A program made the position numbers and the translations under genes. Positions 31,762 to 41,588 of a stretch of 59,715 bases of DNA are shown one piece after another. This stretch comes from an uncultured Myxococcales bacterium (lineage in GTDB: Bacteria; Myxococcota_A; Polyangia; Fen-1088): assembly GCA_937889515.1 (NCBI GenBank), contig CALAOV010000175.1, forward strand, positions 1 through 59,715, written 5' to 3'. The notes under the pieces were generated by a model. The model did no database searches. It worked only from the letters and a program-made list of their open reading frames with translations, and was not told the origin of the DNA. Positions within the stretch are counted from its first letter, which is position 1, and each line of letters starts with the position of its first letter.

Positions 31762-33105
31762 ATGGGCCTGGGACTGTCGGCGCGCACGGCTACCGCCGCA
31801 GCCCTGCTGGCGGCGACGGGTTGTGGGGGCGGCGGCGATTCGCCGGAGGTGATCGACCAGCTGACGCCCATGGCGGCCAACAACGACGTGCCGCTCTCGG
31901 CGATCATCCACGGCAGGTCGTTTCGCCCGCGCTACGAGTTCGACGCCGTCTCGGGCAACAGCCGCGTCGACGTGACCAGCTTCTCTGCATTTCTGGCGCC
32001 CAGCTCCGGCCAACCAGCGGCGACCGCGGGTCCGGGAACGGGCGCCACGCTTTCCCTGCAGAATGTCGCCTGGGAGGCCGCGGACATGCTGGCGGGGGTG
32101 TTGCCAGCCGGCATCCCCGCTGGATTCTATGACCTCTTCGTTCGCGACCCGCAGGGCCACTCGTTGCGCCTGCCGCAGGCCTTTCAGTCGCTGGGGCCGG
32201 ACCGGATTCCCCCGGTGGTCACCATCTCAAGCCCACCCAACGACGGCGTGGTGGGCGCCACCGCGTCGGTCGCCGTCGTCGTCCGCGCCGATGACGGATT
32301 GGGGCGGGTGGTCAGCCTCCAGGTGAACGTCCGAACCGATTTGGCCCAGATTCTCCCCTACGATTGCAGCGCCGCCGCCGCCGCCCAGACCGACTGTTCG
32401 TTCTCGTTCATCGCGCCCGCGGCTTCGAGCTATCCGGCCGTGGTCTATATCGACGCCACCGCCATCGACGGCGGCGGGAACGTGGGGACGGCGGAGACGG
32501 TGCTCGAGCTGGTGCCCGCTCCCCTTGCCACCTCCCTGTCGCCCACGAGCGGCTCTTCCCTGGGCGGGACCTCCGTGACCGTGCAGGGCGCGAGCTTCCT
32601 CGCCGGCGCGACGGATGTCATGTTCGACGGCGTCTTGGCCACCGTCACCGAGCTGTCTCCCGCCTCCCTCACGGTCCTGGCACCGCCGCACGTGGCCGGG
32701 GCGGCCAACGTCAAGGTGGGGGTGGGCGGCGCCTGGGTGAACGTTCCGGGCGATTTTCTCTACGTCGATCCGCCCATCGTGCGGGAGATCAGCCCCAGCT
32801 TCGGACCGGTGACCGGTGGGACCGCGGTCGAGATCGTGGGCGACAACTTCACGCAGAGCACGCAAATCCTGATCGGCCAGACGGCGCTCCTCTGCGCGAC
32901 GGTGCAGAACCCCAACCTGATCCTGGGCGTCACCCCGGCCGGTTCGGGGCAGGCGCTGATCGGCGCCCTCGACGTCGCCCTCGGCGCCAGCACCTTCGGG
33001 CCGGCCATCTTCGACTACGGTGCGGACGGGGGGGCCGGTTCCGACGGCGGCGTGGGGCCGTTGCCGTATCTCGCCGACGGCGGCTGTCCGGGGAGCGGTC
33101 CGTGA
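31762..33105 (+). CDS. IPT/TIG-domain lipoprotein
   Basis: Lipobox AATGC; Ig-like PPVVTISSP domain; two IPT repeats (LSPTSGSSLGGTSVTVQGASF; ISPSFGPVTGGTAVEIVGDNF). Confidence 0.82.
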   Translation: MGLGLSARTATAAALLAATGCGGGGDSPEVIDQLTPMAANNDVPLSAIIHGRSFRPRYEFDAVSGNSRVDVTSFSAFLAPSSGQPAATAGPGTGATLSLQNVAWEAADMLAGVLPAGIPAGFYDLFVRDPQGHSLRLPQAFQSLGPDRIPPVVTISSPPNDGVVGATASVAVVVRADDGLGRVVSLQVNVRTDLAQILPYDCSAAAAAQTDCSFSFIAPAASSYPAVVYIDATAIDGGGNVGTAETVLELVPAPLATSLSPTSGSSLGGTSVTVQGASFLAGATDVMFDGVLATVTELSPASLTVLAPPHVAGAANVKVGVGGAWVNVPGDFLYVDPPIVREISPSFGPVTGGTAVEIVGDNFTQSTQILIGQTALLCATVQNPNLILGVTPAGSGQALIGALDVALGASTFGPAIFDYGADGGAGSDGGVGPLPYLADGGCPGSGP

Positions 33106-35009
33106 AGCTTCTCTCGAAGCTGACGCTGCTGGCACTGGGGGTCTCGGCGCTGCCGCTCGCGATCGCAGGCTACTCGTCGCTGCACATCGGGCAGGTCGCC
33201 CTGCGCGGGGCGCTGGAAGAAAACGAGCTGACGGTCGCCAAGCAGGTTGCCGGCTACGCCCGGAGCCACGTCGACAACCTGCTCTCGATCCTGCGTGTCG
33301 ACGCCCGCATCTTCGACCTGACCCGTTCGGCTCAGAACGAAGCGCCGTCGCCGCAGGCGCTGCTCAAGTTTCTCCAGCTGGTCTATCACCAGAGTGACGA
33401 CTTCTGCGCGGTCGCCATGTTCGACGAGCACGGTGCCGTGATCGGCGAGCCGGCCTACCTCGAGAACCCCGGGCACTACGATTCGTTCAAGAGCCACGAA
33501 CCGATGCGGCCCACCGACGTCGAGGGGGTCGGCCTGATGGCGCCGCTCGGCGCCGCCCTGTCGGCGGGCGAAGGGATGGGGCCGATCTTCCTGGGCGGGC
33601 CCCTGCACCTGCCCCACGTGGTGCTGGCGGTGGCGTTCGACCCCAAGCTGGGCGGCGGGCGGCGGATCCTGGCGGCCGAGGTCTCGCTCAAGCGCCTGGC
33701 CAACTACGTGGCCTCCCTGTCGACCGCCGACACGGACATCAAGATCACCGACGGGCGGGCCCGACTCATCGCGGCCGGATCGCGGGGCGGCGTCGGCAAC
33801 CTCGCCCCCACCGGCGTGCCGGGGGCGCGCGAGGGCGAGCTGCCCTCGGAGGCCCTGGTGGCCGAGTACACGAGCGGCGGCCGGCGCCTGATCGGCGCCT
33901 ACGCGCCGGTCGTCCCCTGGGGGCTTGGCGCGGTCGTGGATCGGACCGTCGACGCCGCGCTCTTGCCGGTGGAGCGGATCACCTCGGCCACCCTGCTCTG
34001 GATCGCCATCTCGGCCTTGATCGGCTCGTTCGCGGCGCGGATCTTTGCGCGCCGGTTGGCCGGCCGGGCGGCCGCGCTCGCAACCGAGTCGCACCAGATC
34101 GCGGCGGGGAACCTCGAAGTCCGGATCCCCGAGGATTCCGGCGACGAGCTGGGCGCCCTGGCGGCGGCGTTCAACCAGATGGCGGTGGGCCTCGACGGCG
34201 CGCGCCAGAAGATCACCCAGCAGACCAACGAGATCGTGGGCTGGAATCAGAAGCTCGAGAAGCGGGTGGAAGAGAAGACCGACGAGCTTCGGCAGGCGCA
34301 GGAGCTGCTCTTTCGGTCGCGCTCGCTGTCGGCTCTGGGCGAGCTCGGGGCTGGCGTGGCCCACGAGATCAACAATCCGCTCACCGGCGCGCTGGGCATC
34401 GTCCAGCTGCTGATCGCCGATCTGCCGGCCGGACATCCGGCGCGGCCGCTGCTGGAGGATCTGGAAGGCGAAGCGCTGCGGATCCGAAAGATCGTGCAAA
34501 ACATGCTGCGCCTCGCGCAGCGGCAGAGCGGACACGACACCACGCCGGTCGATCTGGCGCGCACGCTCGACGACGCGGTCGAGCTTTGCAGCCCCAGCGA
34601 GCTGTCGGCCGCCGGCATCGTCGTGGTGCGCAAGTACGAGCCCACCTCCCCCGTTCGCGGGAGCGCGACCCAGCTTCAAGAATCGTTCATCCAGATCATT
34701 CAAAATGCCCGCAACGCCATGAAACCTGGGGGGACGCTGACGCTCGAGACCCGAATGGTCGAGGACGCGCTGGTGCGGGTGCGCATCGCGGATACCGGCG
34801 CCGGCATCAGCCCGGAGCACCTGCCGCGCATCTTCGATCCGTTCTTCACGACCAAGGGGGATCGTTCGGGACCGGGGCTGGGGCTGTCGTTCGTCCACCG
34901 GACCGTGGAGGATCACGGGGGGACCATCAAGGTCGAGAGCAGCGTGGGTGGCGGCACGACCTTCGTGCTGTCGTTCCCGGCCGACGCGGGGCGGGCCCAC
35001 CGGCCATGA
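33102..35009 (+). CDS. Membrane sensor histidine kinase (Cache-like, HAMP, HisKA, HATPase)
   Basis: Two TM helices around a periplasmic domain; HAMP (GNLEVRIP...DELGALAAAFNQM); H-box VAHEINNPL; DTGAGI, FDPFFTTK, GPGLGL. GTGA overlap. Confidence 0.93.
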   Translation: MKLLSKLTLLALGVSALPLAIAGYSSLHIGQVALRGALEENELTVAKQVAGYARSHVDNLLSILRVDARIFDLTRSAQNEAPSPQALLKFLQLVYHQSDDFCAVAMFDEHGAVIGEPAYLENPGHYDSFKSHEPMRPTDVEGVGLMAPLGAALSAGEGMGPIFLGGPLHLPHVVLAVAFDPKLGGGRRILAAEVSLKRLANYVASLSTADTDIKITDGRARLIAAGSRGGVGNLAPTGVPGAREGELPSEALVAEYTSGGRRLIGAYAPVVPWGLGAVVDRTVDAALLPVERITSATLLWIAISALIGSFAARIFARRLAGRAAALATESHQIAAGNLEVRIPEDSGDELGALAAAFNQMAVGLDGARQKITQQTNEIVGWNQKLEKRVEEKTDELRQAQELLFRSRSLSALGELGAGVAHEINNPLTGALGIVQLLIADLPAGHPARPLLEDLEGEALRIRKIVQNMLRLAQRQSGHDTTPVDLARTLDDAVELCSPSELSAAGIVVVRKYEPTSPVRGSATQLQESFIQIIQNARNAMKPGGTLTLETRMVEDALVRVRIADTGAGISPEHLPRIFDPFFTTKGDRSGPGLGLSFVHRTVEDHGGTIKVESSVGGGTTFVLSFPADAGRAHRP

Positions 35010-35956
35010 GCGCGCCCCGCCCCACTCGGCGGTTCGGATTGGCGCTCCCGATCCTGCTGGCGGTCGCCGCGCTGGCGGGCGGCAGGATCGTCTCGAAGCG
35101 CCTCCTGGATTCGCGATTGCCTTGGCGGGAACGCCAGCCCGCTCTGGCGCCCAAGGTCGAGGCCGTGGCGGCCGCGGCGGACGACGCGACGACCTTTCAG
35201 GTCACGGCCGCGACCGGCCTGGTCGAGGCGCAGCGCGACGGGCGCTGGACGGCGATCAAGAACGGCGACACGCTGACCCGGGCCGACGTCGTGCGCACCG
35301 CCGCCGGCGCGCGGGCGGTCCTGCGGCTGTCCGCGGGGACCGAGATCGAGCTTCGCGAGCGGGTCGAGATCGGCCTCGATCGGTTGCCCAGCGGCCCCAC
35401 CCTCGATCTCCGACGCGGCAAGGTCCTGGCCCGCGTCAGCGGCGCCGACGCGCTGGCGATCACCTCGCACCAGACCCGCACGGCCAACGAGGGGCCGGCG
35501 CACTTCGTCGTTCTCTCCGACCCCGCGGGGCGGGTGTCGGTCGCGACGCTGGCCGGAACCGCCCGCTTCGCGGCGGGCGGCAAGGCGGTGTCACTCACGG
35601 CGGGGACCCAGTCGTCGAGCGAGGCCGGCGGCGCACCAGCCGATCCGGAGCGGATCCCGGAAGAGGTCTTCCTGGAGGTGGTCTGGCCAGCCGGCGAGCA
35701 GCGGCACGCCACCGAGCACACCGAGGTTCACGGTCGAGCCGCGCCGTCGTCGGTGGTGACCGTCAACGGATCGCCGGCCACGGTGGGCGCCGACGGCCAT
35801 TTCACGACGGTGGTGCCTCTGCACGAAGGGAAGAACGCGGTGGCGGTCGAGGTGGAAGATCTGAGCGGGCGGACCCGTCAGGCTTCGTCGACGATGGTGC
35901 GCCATGGCCCGCAGCCGGCCCTGACGCCGGAGCCGACCGAGCTGTGGAAAAAATGA
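35006..35956 (+). CDS. FecR-domain membrane-anchored protein with C-terminal Ig-like domain
   Basis: One N-terminal TM helix; FecR-like GDTLTRADVVRTAAGARAVL...LRRGKVLA...VATLAGTARF; Ig-like VHGRA...VTVNG...VPLHEGKNAVAVEVED. ATGA overlap. Confidence 0.8.
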   Translation: MSAPRPTRRFGLALPILLAVAALAGGRIVSKRLLDSRLPWRERQPALAPKVEAVAAAADDATTFQVTAATGLVEAQRDGRWTAIKNGDTLTRADVVRTAAGARAVLRLSAGTEIELRERVEIGLDRLPSGPTLDLRRGKVLARVSGADALAITSHQTRTANEGPAHFVVLSDPAGRVSVATLAGTARFAAGGKAVSLTAGTQSSSEAGGAPADPERIPEEVFLEVVWPAGEQRHATEHTEVHGRAAPSSVVTVNGSPATVGADGHFTTVVPLHEGKNAVAVEVEDLSGRTRQASSTMVRHGPQPALTPEPTELWKK

Positions 35957-35977
35957 GCCCGACTGGAGTGTGCCGCG

Positions 35978-36772
35978 ATGCCGACCTCGCCTGAAGATCC
36001 CGCGGCCACCTCCCCCCCGGCCGATCCGGAGATCCGCCGGCTGCGGGAGATGCTGGCCTCGGCGGGGCGCCTGGCGGAGTTCGGTCGCTTCGCGGCGCAG
36101 CAGATCCACGAGCTGCGCCAGCCCCTCTTCGCGATCAAGGGGCTCGGCCAGCTGCTGCTCGAGAAAGAACGGGTCGAGCTGGACGAGGTGCTGGATTTCG
36201 CGCGCCACATCGTCGAGCAGTCGGAGCGGCTCACCGCCCTGGTCTCGAACCTGCGCCAGCTCTCCGTTCCCGCGCCGAGCGCCGCCGCCGCCCGCACCGA
36301 GGTCGCCACGTTGCTCCTGCGCGTGACCTCCCTGCTCGATCTGCGGCTGCGCAAGGGCGGCGTCACGCTGCGCACCCAGATTGCGCCCGACCTGCCGCCC
36401 CTGGCGGCGGCGCCGCACGCGGTGGAGCAGATTCTGATCAACCTGCTTGGCAACGCGCTCGACGCGGTGGCGAGCAGCGGACAGCCGGTCGTCCAGGTGC
36501 GCGCGCGCGTGATGGCGGAGAGCCCGCGCTTCGCGGCGATCGAGGTGGCCGACAACGGCTCGGGCATCGCGAAGGCGGTGCGCGATCGCCTGTTCGAATC
36601 GTTCTTCACCACCAAGGGGGACGAGCAGGGAACGGGGCTGGGCCTGGCGGTCAGCCGCGAGATCGCCCGCGGCGCCGGCGGCGAGCTGGTCCTGCTCGAC
36701 GAGCCGGGCGTGTGGAACGAGCCGGCCTCGACCGTCTTCCGCCTGACGCTCCCCGTCTCACAGGGGTTGTGA
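35978..36772 (+). CDS. Cytoplasmic histidine kinase without a sensor domain
   Basis: H-box QQIHELRQPL, N-box QILINLLGNA, DNGSGI, FESFFTTK, GTGLGL. Only about 35 aa precede the H-box. GGAG SD upstream. Confidence 0.88.
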   Translation: MPTSPEDPAATSPPADPEIRRLREMLASAGRLAEFGRFAAQQIHELRQPLFAIKGLGQLLLEKERVELDEVLDFARHIVEQSERLTALVSNLRQLSVPAPSAAAARTEVATLLLRVTSLLDLRLRKGGVTLRTQIAPDLPPLAAAPHAVEQILINLLGNALDAVASSGQPVVQVRARVMAESPRFAAIEVADNGSGIAKAVRDRLFESFFTTKGDEQGTGLGLAVSREIARGAGGELVLLDEPGVWNEPASTVFRLTLPVSQGL

Positions 36773-36773
36773 G

Positions 36774-38771
36774 ATGCGGATCGGCCGGGCCGACGTCGCG
36801 CTGGTCCTGCTGCTGGTCTACCCATCCATTGCCCGCGGCGACGGACCGACGGCCGGCGGGGGCCCCGACGCGGTTCCGCTGCCGGTCGTGGTGACGGTCA
36901 CGCCGGCGCGGACGACGCTCCTGTTGGGTGTCGACAAGGAGCTGGAGATCGCGATCGACGTCTCGGGGCCCGGCGCCGAGAGCCTCACGCCGTTGCGGGC
37001 GCTGGCCACGGTGGGGACCCTGGAGATGCCCCATCCCGGCGCGCCGGGACACTTCACCGCGCGCTACCTACCGCCGCCCGATCGGTTCCCCGAGGTCGCG
37101 CTCCTGGTGGTCGAGATGTCGAGCGGCAGCACGCGCGCCCACGGCACGGCGCGGGTCGCGCTGCAGGGATCGACGGTGGTCCCGTTCCACACCAGCAGCG
37201 GCGCCGCGGTGACGATGCGGGTGGGGGAGCGCCTGTTTGGGCCGATCGTCGCCGACCATCAGGGACACGTCGAGATCCCGATCGAGGTCCCACCCGGCGT
37301 GCGGAAAGGCCAGGCGCGGGCGGTGGATCGCAGCGGCGCGGCGCGCGAAACCGAGGTCGACCTGCGGCTGCCGACCTTTCCGCGGGTGGTGCTGCTCGCG
37401 CCCCCGGCCTTCGAGGTGGGCGCCTTCGCCGAGGTCATCGCGGTCGCGGTCGACGAGGACGGCACGGCCGCGTCGGCGGCCGCGCTGACGCTGGGTGCCT
37501 CGGCGGGACTCACACATGCGCTCGGTGCGGGGGCCCCCGGCGAGGCGCGGTTTCTCTTCGAGGCCCCGCGCGCCGTCGGAAGCGGCGCGGTGGCGCTCAC
37601 CGGCTCCACCTCCGGGCCGGCCGCCGCCCGGGTGGACCTGGCGGTTCCGCTGCACGCCAGCACCCCGGCACGTCTCGAGATCATCCCCGAGGCCAAGCGT
37701 CTGGTGGTCGGTGAAACCGCCTCGGTCCGGGTGGTGATCTGGGCGCACGATCAGTTTGGCAACCCGGCGCCCGTCTCCGGGGTCCGCGCGCTCGTCGACG
37801 GCCGGCCCACCCCAGTCGAGATCGCGACGAATGGGAGCGCGACGCTGGAGATCGTCCCACCCGCCCTCTACGAGGGGCGCGACACGGTCACCGTCGACGC
37901 GACGCTGGGCGCCCTGGACGACTCGGAAGATCTCCACATCACCGGGGGTGTGCCGACGCGGCTGACGCTCGAGGTGGGGACGGCGCGGGTGATCGCGGAC
38001 GGCAAGCAAGGGACCGCGTTGCGGGTGCAGGCGGTGGACAAGAACGGGACCCCCACCATGGTGCCCGGACTCAGCTGGGAAACGCCCGAGGGACGGGTGC
38101 GGGCCGTGCGTGTTCCACGCGACGGCGAGTACCTGGCCGAGTACATCCCCGACCGGACGCGCGATCCGCATCGTGAGGTGGTGGCGGTGATGGCCTCGCA
38201 GACGCTGCGTGCGAGCGGCGGCGTCGAGGTGCTCCCCGCGCCGGTTCGCCTGGTGGCCACCGCGCGCGCGGGTCTCTTCACCAACCTGGGCCGCAGCGCC
38301 GGACCGACCGCCTTCGTCGAGGCGCTGGCCCCGGTACACGTGCCGCACCTCCGGGTCCTGGCTGGCTTCGCCGTCGGCTACCTGCACGGTGACATCACCG
38401 CCCCGGGTGTCGAGAAGTCCGGAATCGCCCGGCTCGAGACCAACACCTTCCCGCTGCTGGCCGTGGTGCGGGCGGGGATCTCGTTGCCCCACCTCTTCGA
38501 GCTCGACGGCGACGTCGATGCGGGATGGGCCTGGGCCTGGACCCAAATCACCGACAGCACCGTGGCCAACATGCCGGCGGTGGTGGCGGCCACGGCAGAC
38601 ACCGTCGCGCTGGGGGCCGGCGCGGAGATCGGCTACCCGCTCAAGCCCGGTCGGCTCGCGGTCGGGATCCGATATCTGTGGGTCGCGCTGGGACGGACCT
38701 CGCAGGGGGATCAGATCGCGGGGAACAGCGCCGGGTTCATCGGAGATCTCGGCTACAAACTGACGTTTTGA
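36774..38771 (+). CDS. Exported protein with tandem Ig-like domains and probable C-terminal outer-membrane beta-barrel
   Basis: Signal peptide; invasin/Big-like segments (VRVVIWAHDQFGNP, RVIADGKQGTALRVQAVDKNG); amphipathic strands ending GDLGYKLTF with a terminal Phe. Confidence 0.72.
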   Translation: MRIGRADVALVLLLVYPSIARGDGPTAGGGPDAVPLPVVVTVTPARTTLLLGVDKELEIAIDVSGPGAESLTPLRALATVGTLEMPHPGAPGHFTARYLPPPDRFPEVALLVVEMSSGSTRAHGTARVALQGSTVVPFHTSSGAAVTMRVGERLFGPIVADHQGHVEIPIEVPPGVRKGQARAVDRSGAARETEVDLRLPTFPRVVLLAPPAFEVGAFAEVIAVAVDEDGTAASAAALTLGASAGLTHALGAGAPGEARFLFEAPRAVGSGAVALTGSTSGPAAARVDLAVPLHASTPARLEIIPEAKRLVVGETASVRVVIWAHDQFGNPAPVSGVRALVDGRPTPVEIATNGSATLEIVPPALYEGRDTVTVDATLGALDDSEDLHITGGVPTRLTLEVGTARVIADGKQGTALRVQAVDKNGTPTMVPGLSWETPEGRVRAVRVPRDGEYLAEYIPDRTRDPHREVVAVMASQTLRASGGVEVLPAPVRLVATARAGLFTNLGRSAGPTAFVEALAPVHVPHLRVLAGFAVGYLHGDITAPGVEKSGIARLETNTFPLLAVVRAGISLPHLFELDGDVDAGWAWAWTQITDSTVANMPAVVAATADTVALGAGAEIGYPLKPGRLAVGIRYLWVALGRTSQGDQIAGNSAGFIGDLGYKLTF

Positions 38772-38790
38772 TCATGTTAGAAGGAGCGAC

Positions 38791-39624
38791 TTGATGTTGG
38801 GAATCGTGGAGGGGGCGTTCACGGCGCGGACGCCCGGGGAACCGTCGACGCCGCTGGTGGTGAGCGTCCCGCACGCGGGGCTCAGCACGGCGGGCTACGA
38901 GGAGACCTTGACGCCGGAGCTGGAGGTTCGCAGCGACGCCGATCTGTTCGTCGACCGGCTGTACGGCATCGGCGAGGCCGAGGGGCCCGAGGTCTACGTG
39001 GCGGCCCAGCTCTCGCGTTTCGTCTGCGACCTGAACCGCGATCCCGACGACGTCTGTCCCGGCGCTGTTCCCGAGCACCCCACGGCGCGCAACGTCGACG
39101 GGCGCGGATTCATCTGGGCGGTCACCACCACCGGCGTCCCGGCGCTCGCGCGTCCGCTCGCGATCAGCGAGTGGCGGGGCCGGACCGCCATCCATGCCGC
39201 GTACCACGACACCATCCGCCGCGCGCTCGCGCGGGCCCGCGCGCGGTTCGGCTATGCGATCCTGGTCGACGGGCACTCGATGCCCTCGCGCGGCCGCTCC
39301 GGGCACCAGGATCCGGGCCACGCGCGCGCCGCGGTGGTTCCCGGTGATCGCCAGGGGACGAGCTGCGCGCCGGCGCTGACCGCGCTGGTGACGCGGCACT
39401 TTGCCGCCCAGGGGTTCGACGTGCGGGCCAACGATCCGTACAAGGGCGGCTACGTCACCGCCCACCACGGCCGGCCGGCCGACGGAATCCACGCCATCCA
39501 GATCGAGCTGCGCCGGGACCTCTACCTCGACGAGGAGCGGTTCGTCACCGTCGAGCCCGGCCTCAGCCGGTTGCGCGGCGTGATCGCGGCGCTGCTGGCC
39601 GAGCTGAAAACCTTTCGGCTCTGA
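38791..39624 (+). CDS. N-formylglutamate amidohydrolase family protein
   Basis: PLVVSVPHAG, CDLNR, ILVDGHSMP, NDPYKGGY, HAIQIELRRDLY. Confidence 0.9.
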   Translation: MMLGIVEGAFTARTPGEPSTPLVVSVPHAGLSTAGYEETLTPELEVRSDADLFVDRLYGIGEAEGPEVYVAAQLSRFVCDLNRDPDDVCPGAVPEHPTARNVDGRGFIWAVTTTGVPALARPLAISEWRGRTAIHAAYHDTIRRALARARARFGYAILVDGHSMPSRGRSGHQDPGHARAAVVPGDRQGTSCAPALTALVTRHFAAQGFDVRANDPYKGGYVTAHHGRPADGIHAIQIELRRDLYLDEERFVTVEPGLSRLRGVIAALLAELKTFRL

Positions 39625-39642
39625 TCGCGCATCGCGGGGCCG

Positions 39643-39738
39643 TCAATCCGCCCGGGCCGGCGGCCGTCAGTCCGCTCGGGCCGGCGGCCGTCAGTCCGCT
39701 CGGGCCGGCGGCCGTCAATCGTGCTCGGGCCGGCGGCC
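39643..39738. repeat. 24-bp tandem repeat (4 units) derived from the 3' end of the acyl-CoA ligase gene
   Basis: Minus-strand unit CGGCCGCCGGCCCGAGCGGACTGA twice exactly, plus two variants; TGA codons at 39715, 39691, 39667 and 39643. Confidence 0.85.
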
Positions 39739-41556
39739 CTCGCCGGGCTGTTTGTACAGCCCCTCGAGCACGGACCGGTACTTGTCGATCACGACCTTGC
39801 GTTTGACGCTGAGCTTCGGGGTGAGATCGCCGCTCGCCTCGGTGAGATCCTGCGGCAGGATCGCAAACCGCTTGATGCTCTCGAAAGAGGCGAGCTTGGC
39901 GTTGACCGTGTCGATGTCCTTCTGGAGCGCCGCCCGCACCTCCGCCGACTCGGCCAGCGCCGGCCCGGTCTGGCCGCCGAAGCGCTTGCCGGCTTCTTCG
40001 GTCAAGGTCACCAGCGCCACGCAATAGGGTCGCTTGTCGCCGTAGACCAGAACCTGGCTCACCAGGGGCGAGGCGGCCTTGATGGCGTTCTCCATCGGCT
40101 GGGGCGCGATCTTCTTGCCGCCCGCGGTGACGATCAGGTCCTTCTTGCGATCGGTGATGCGCAGAAAGCCGTCCTCGATGACCCCGATGTCTCCGGAGTG
40201 AAACCAGCCGTCGGGTTCGACCGACTCGGCGGTGGCGGCCGCGTTGTTGTAGTACTGGCGGAAGACCGAGGGGCCCCGCATCAGGATCTCGCCGTCGTCG
40301 GCGAACTTGGTCTCCACCACGTCCAGGGTCGGACCGACGGTCCCGAAGCGGAACTTGTCGAGGCGGTTCAAGAACGCCGCCGAGGTCGTCTCGGTGAGGC
40401 CGTAGCCTTCGAGGACCAGCAGCCCCGCGGCGTGGAAGAACTCGGCGATCTCGGCGGCCAGGGGCGCGCCGCCGGAGATCAGAAAGCGGCAGCGCTCGAG
40501 CCCCAGCCGCGCGCGGAGCTTGGAGAGCACCAGCTTGTCCGCCAGCCAATACTTGAACCCGCCGGCGCCGGCGCGTCCGGCGCGGGTCGCCGCCGCGCGT
40601 GCCCGGCCGGTGGCGATCGCCCAGGCCGCCAGCCGTCGTTTGAGCGCAGATCCTTGCGCCAGCGCGCTCTGCACGCCCGAGAAGAACTTCTCGAAGATCC
40701 GCGGCACGCCCGCCATGAACGTCGGGTGGGTCGCGACCAGATCGTCCTTGATGCTGGCGGTTCCGCGCGAGAACACCGTGACGTAGCCGGATTCGATCCC
40801 GGCCCATTCGAGCTCCCGCCCCAGGATGTGGGCCAGCGGCAAGAAGAGATACTGCTCGTCGCCGTCGTCGACGTGCATGGCGCGGATCGCGCTGCAGATC
40901 GCCGAGGTGAGATTCTCGTGGGTCAGCACCACCCCCTTGGGGACCCCCGTGGTCCCCGAGGTGTAGACGATGGTGAACATCGCCTCGGGCCCGACCGTCT
41001 CGGCGTGCGCGTCGAGATCGTGGCCGGGGGTGGCCAACCAGTCCCGGCCGGAGGCGCGCAGCCGCGACAGCGGCCGGACGAAGTCGCCCGCCCCGGCCCC
41101 ACCGTCCACCAGCTGCACGGCGTTCGTGACCGTGAACAGGCGATCGCGCATGGGCAGCAGCTTGTCCCGCTGGGCGTCGTCCTCGACGAGGAGGATCTTG
41201 GCGCCCGCGTCGCGGATGATGAACTCGCACTGCTCGGCGGTGTTCGAGGCGTAGATCGGGACCGTCACCCCGCCCGCCAGCAAGATCCCCAGATCGCAGA
41301 GCACCCACTCGAGCCGCGTCTGCGCCAGCAGGCAGACCCGATCTCCGGGGCGCAGGCCGAGGCCGATGAAGCCCGCCGCGATCTCCCGGGCCACGGTGTC
41401 GGCCTCGCCGAAGGTCACCGATTTCCAGGCGCCCGCCGCGAAGTGGCGAAACGCCACGCGTGCCGGGGTCCTGGCGACCCGCCGCTTCCACATCGCGACC
41501 GCGGTCCGCGGCTCATCCTTGCGCAGATCGCCGAGCTGGGCCGGGGGGGCGCTCAT
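39715..41556 (-). CDS. Long-chain fatty acid-CoA ligase (FadD/FAA1-like)
   Basis: IVYTSGTTGVPKG, FLPLAHILGR, EGYGLTET, DGWFHSGDIG, RITDRKKDLIVTAGGKKIAP, LTPKLSVKR. Confidence 0.93.
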   Translation of the reverse strand: MSAPPAQLGDLRKDEPRTAVAMWKRRVARTPARVAFRHFAAGAWKSVTFGEADTVAREIAAGFIGLGLRPGDRVCLLAQTRLEWVLCDLGILLAGGVTVPIYASNTAEQCEFIIRDAGAKILLVEDDAQRDKLLPMRDRLFTVTNAVQLVDGGAGAGDFVRPLSRLRASGRDWLATPGHDLDAHAETVGPEAMFTIVYTSGTTGVPKGVVLTHENLTSAICSAIRAMHVDDGDEQYLFLPLAHILGRELEWAGIESGYVTVFSRGTASIKDDLVATHPTFMAGVPRIFEKFFSGVQSALAQGSALKRRLAAWAIATGRARAAATRAGRAGAGGFKYWLADKLVLSKLRARLGLERCRFLISGGAPLAAEIAEFFHAAGLLVLEGYGLTETTSAAFLNRLDKFRFGTVGPTLDVVETKFADDGEILMRGPSVFRQYYNNAAATAESVEPDGWFHSGDIGVIEDGFLRITDRKKDLIVTAGGKKIAPQPMENAIKAASPLVSQVLVYGDKRPYCVALVTLTEEAGKRFGGQTGPALAESAEVRAALQKDIDTVNAKLASFESIKRFAILPQDLTEASGDLTPKLSVKRKVVIDKYRSVLEGLYKQPGEGRRPEHD

Positions 41557-41571
41557 CGTCTCACCACACAT

Positions 41572-41581
41572 AGTATAGAAT
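41572..41581. promoter_or_regulatory. Overlapping divergent -10 elements for the acyl-CoA ligase and ABC1 kinase genes
   Basis: TAGAAT (41576-41581, +) 7 nt before ATG 41589; TATACT (41577-41572, -) 15 nt before ATG 41556. The intergenic region is only 32 bp. Confidence 0.5.
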
Positions 41582-41588
41582 TTCAGGC

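Noticed and set aside
35953-35994. 13-codon ORF (MSPTGVCRDADLA) coupled by ATGA to the FecR gene, suggesting a frameshifted kinase start or leader peptide
   Set aside because: The kinase has its own GGAG SD and ATG at 35978, and nothing supports the peptide.
38791-39624. Histidine utilisation (hut) operon
   Set aside because: Only the N-formylglutamate amidohydrolase-family gene is present; no hutH, hutU, hutI or hutF in the window.
39643-39738. Possible mini CRISPR array
   Set aside because: The 24-bp units are contiguous with no unique spacers, derive from the adjacent gene end, and no cas genes are present.
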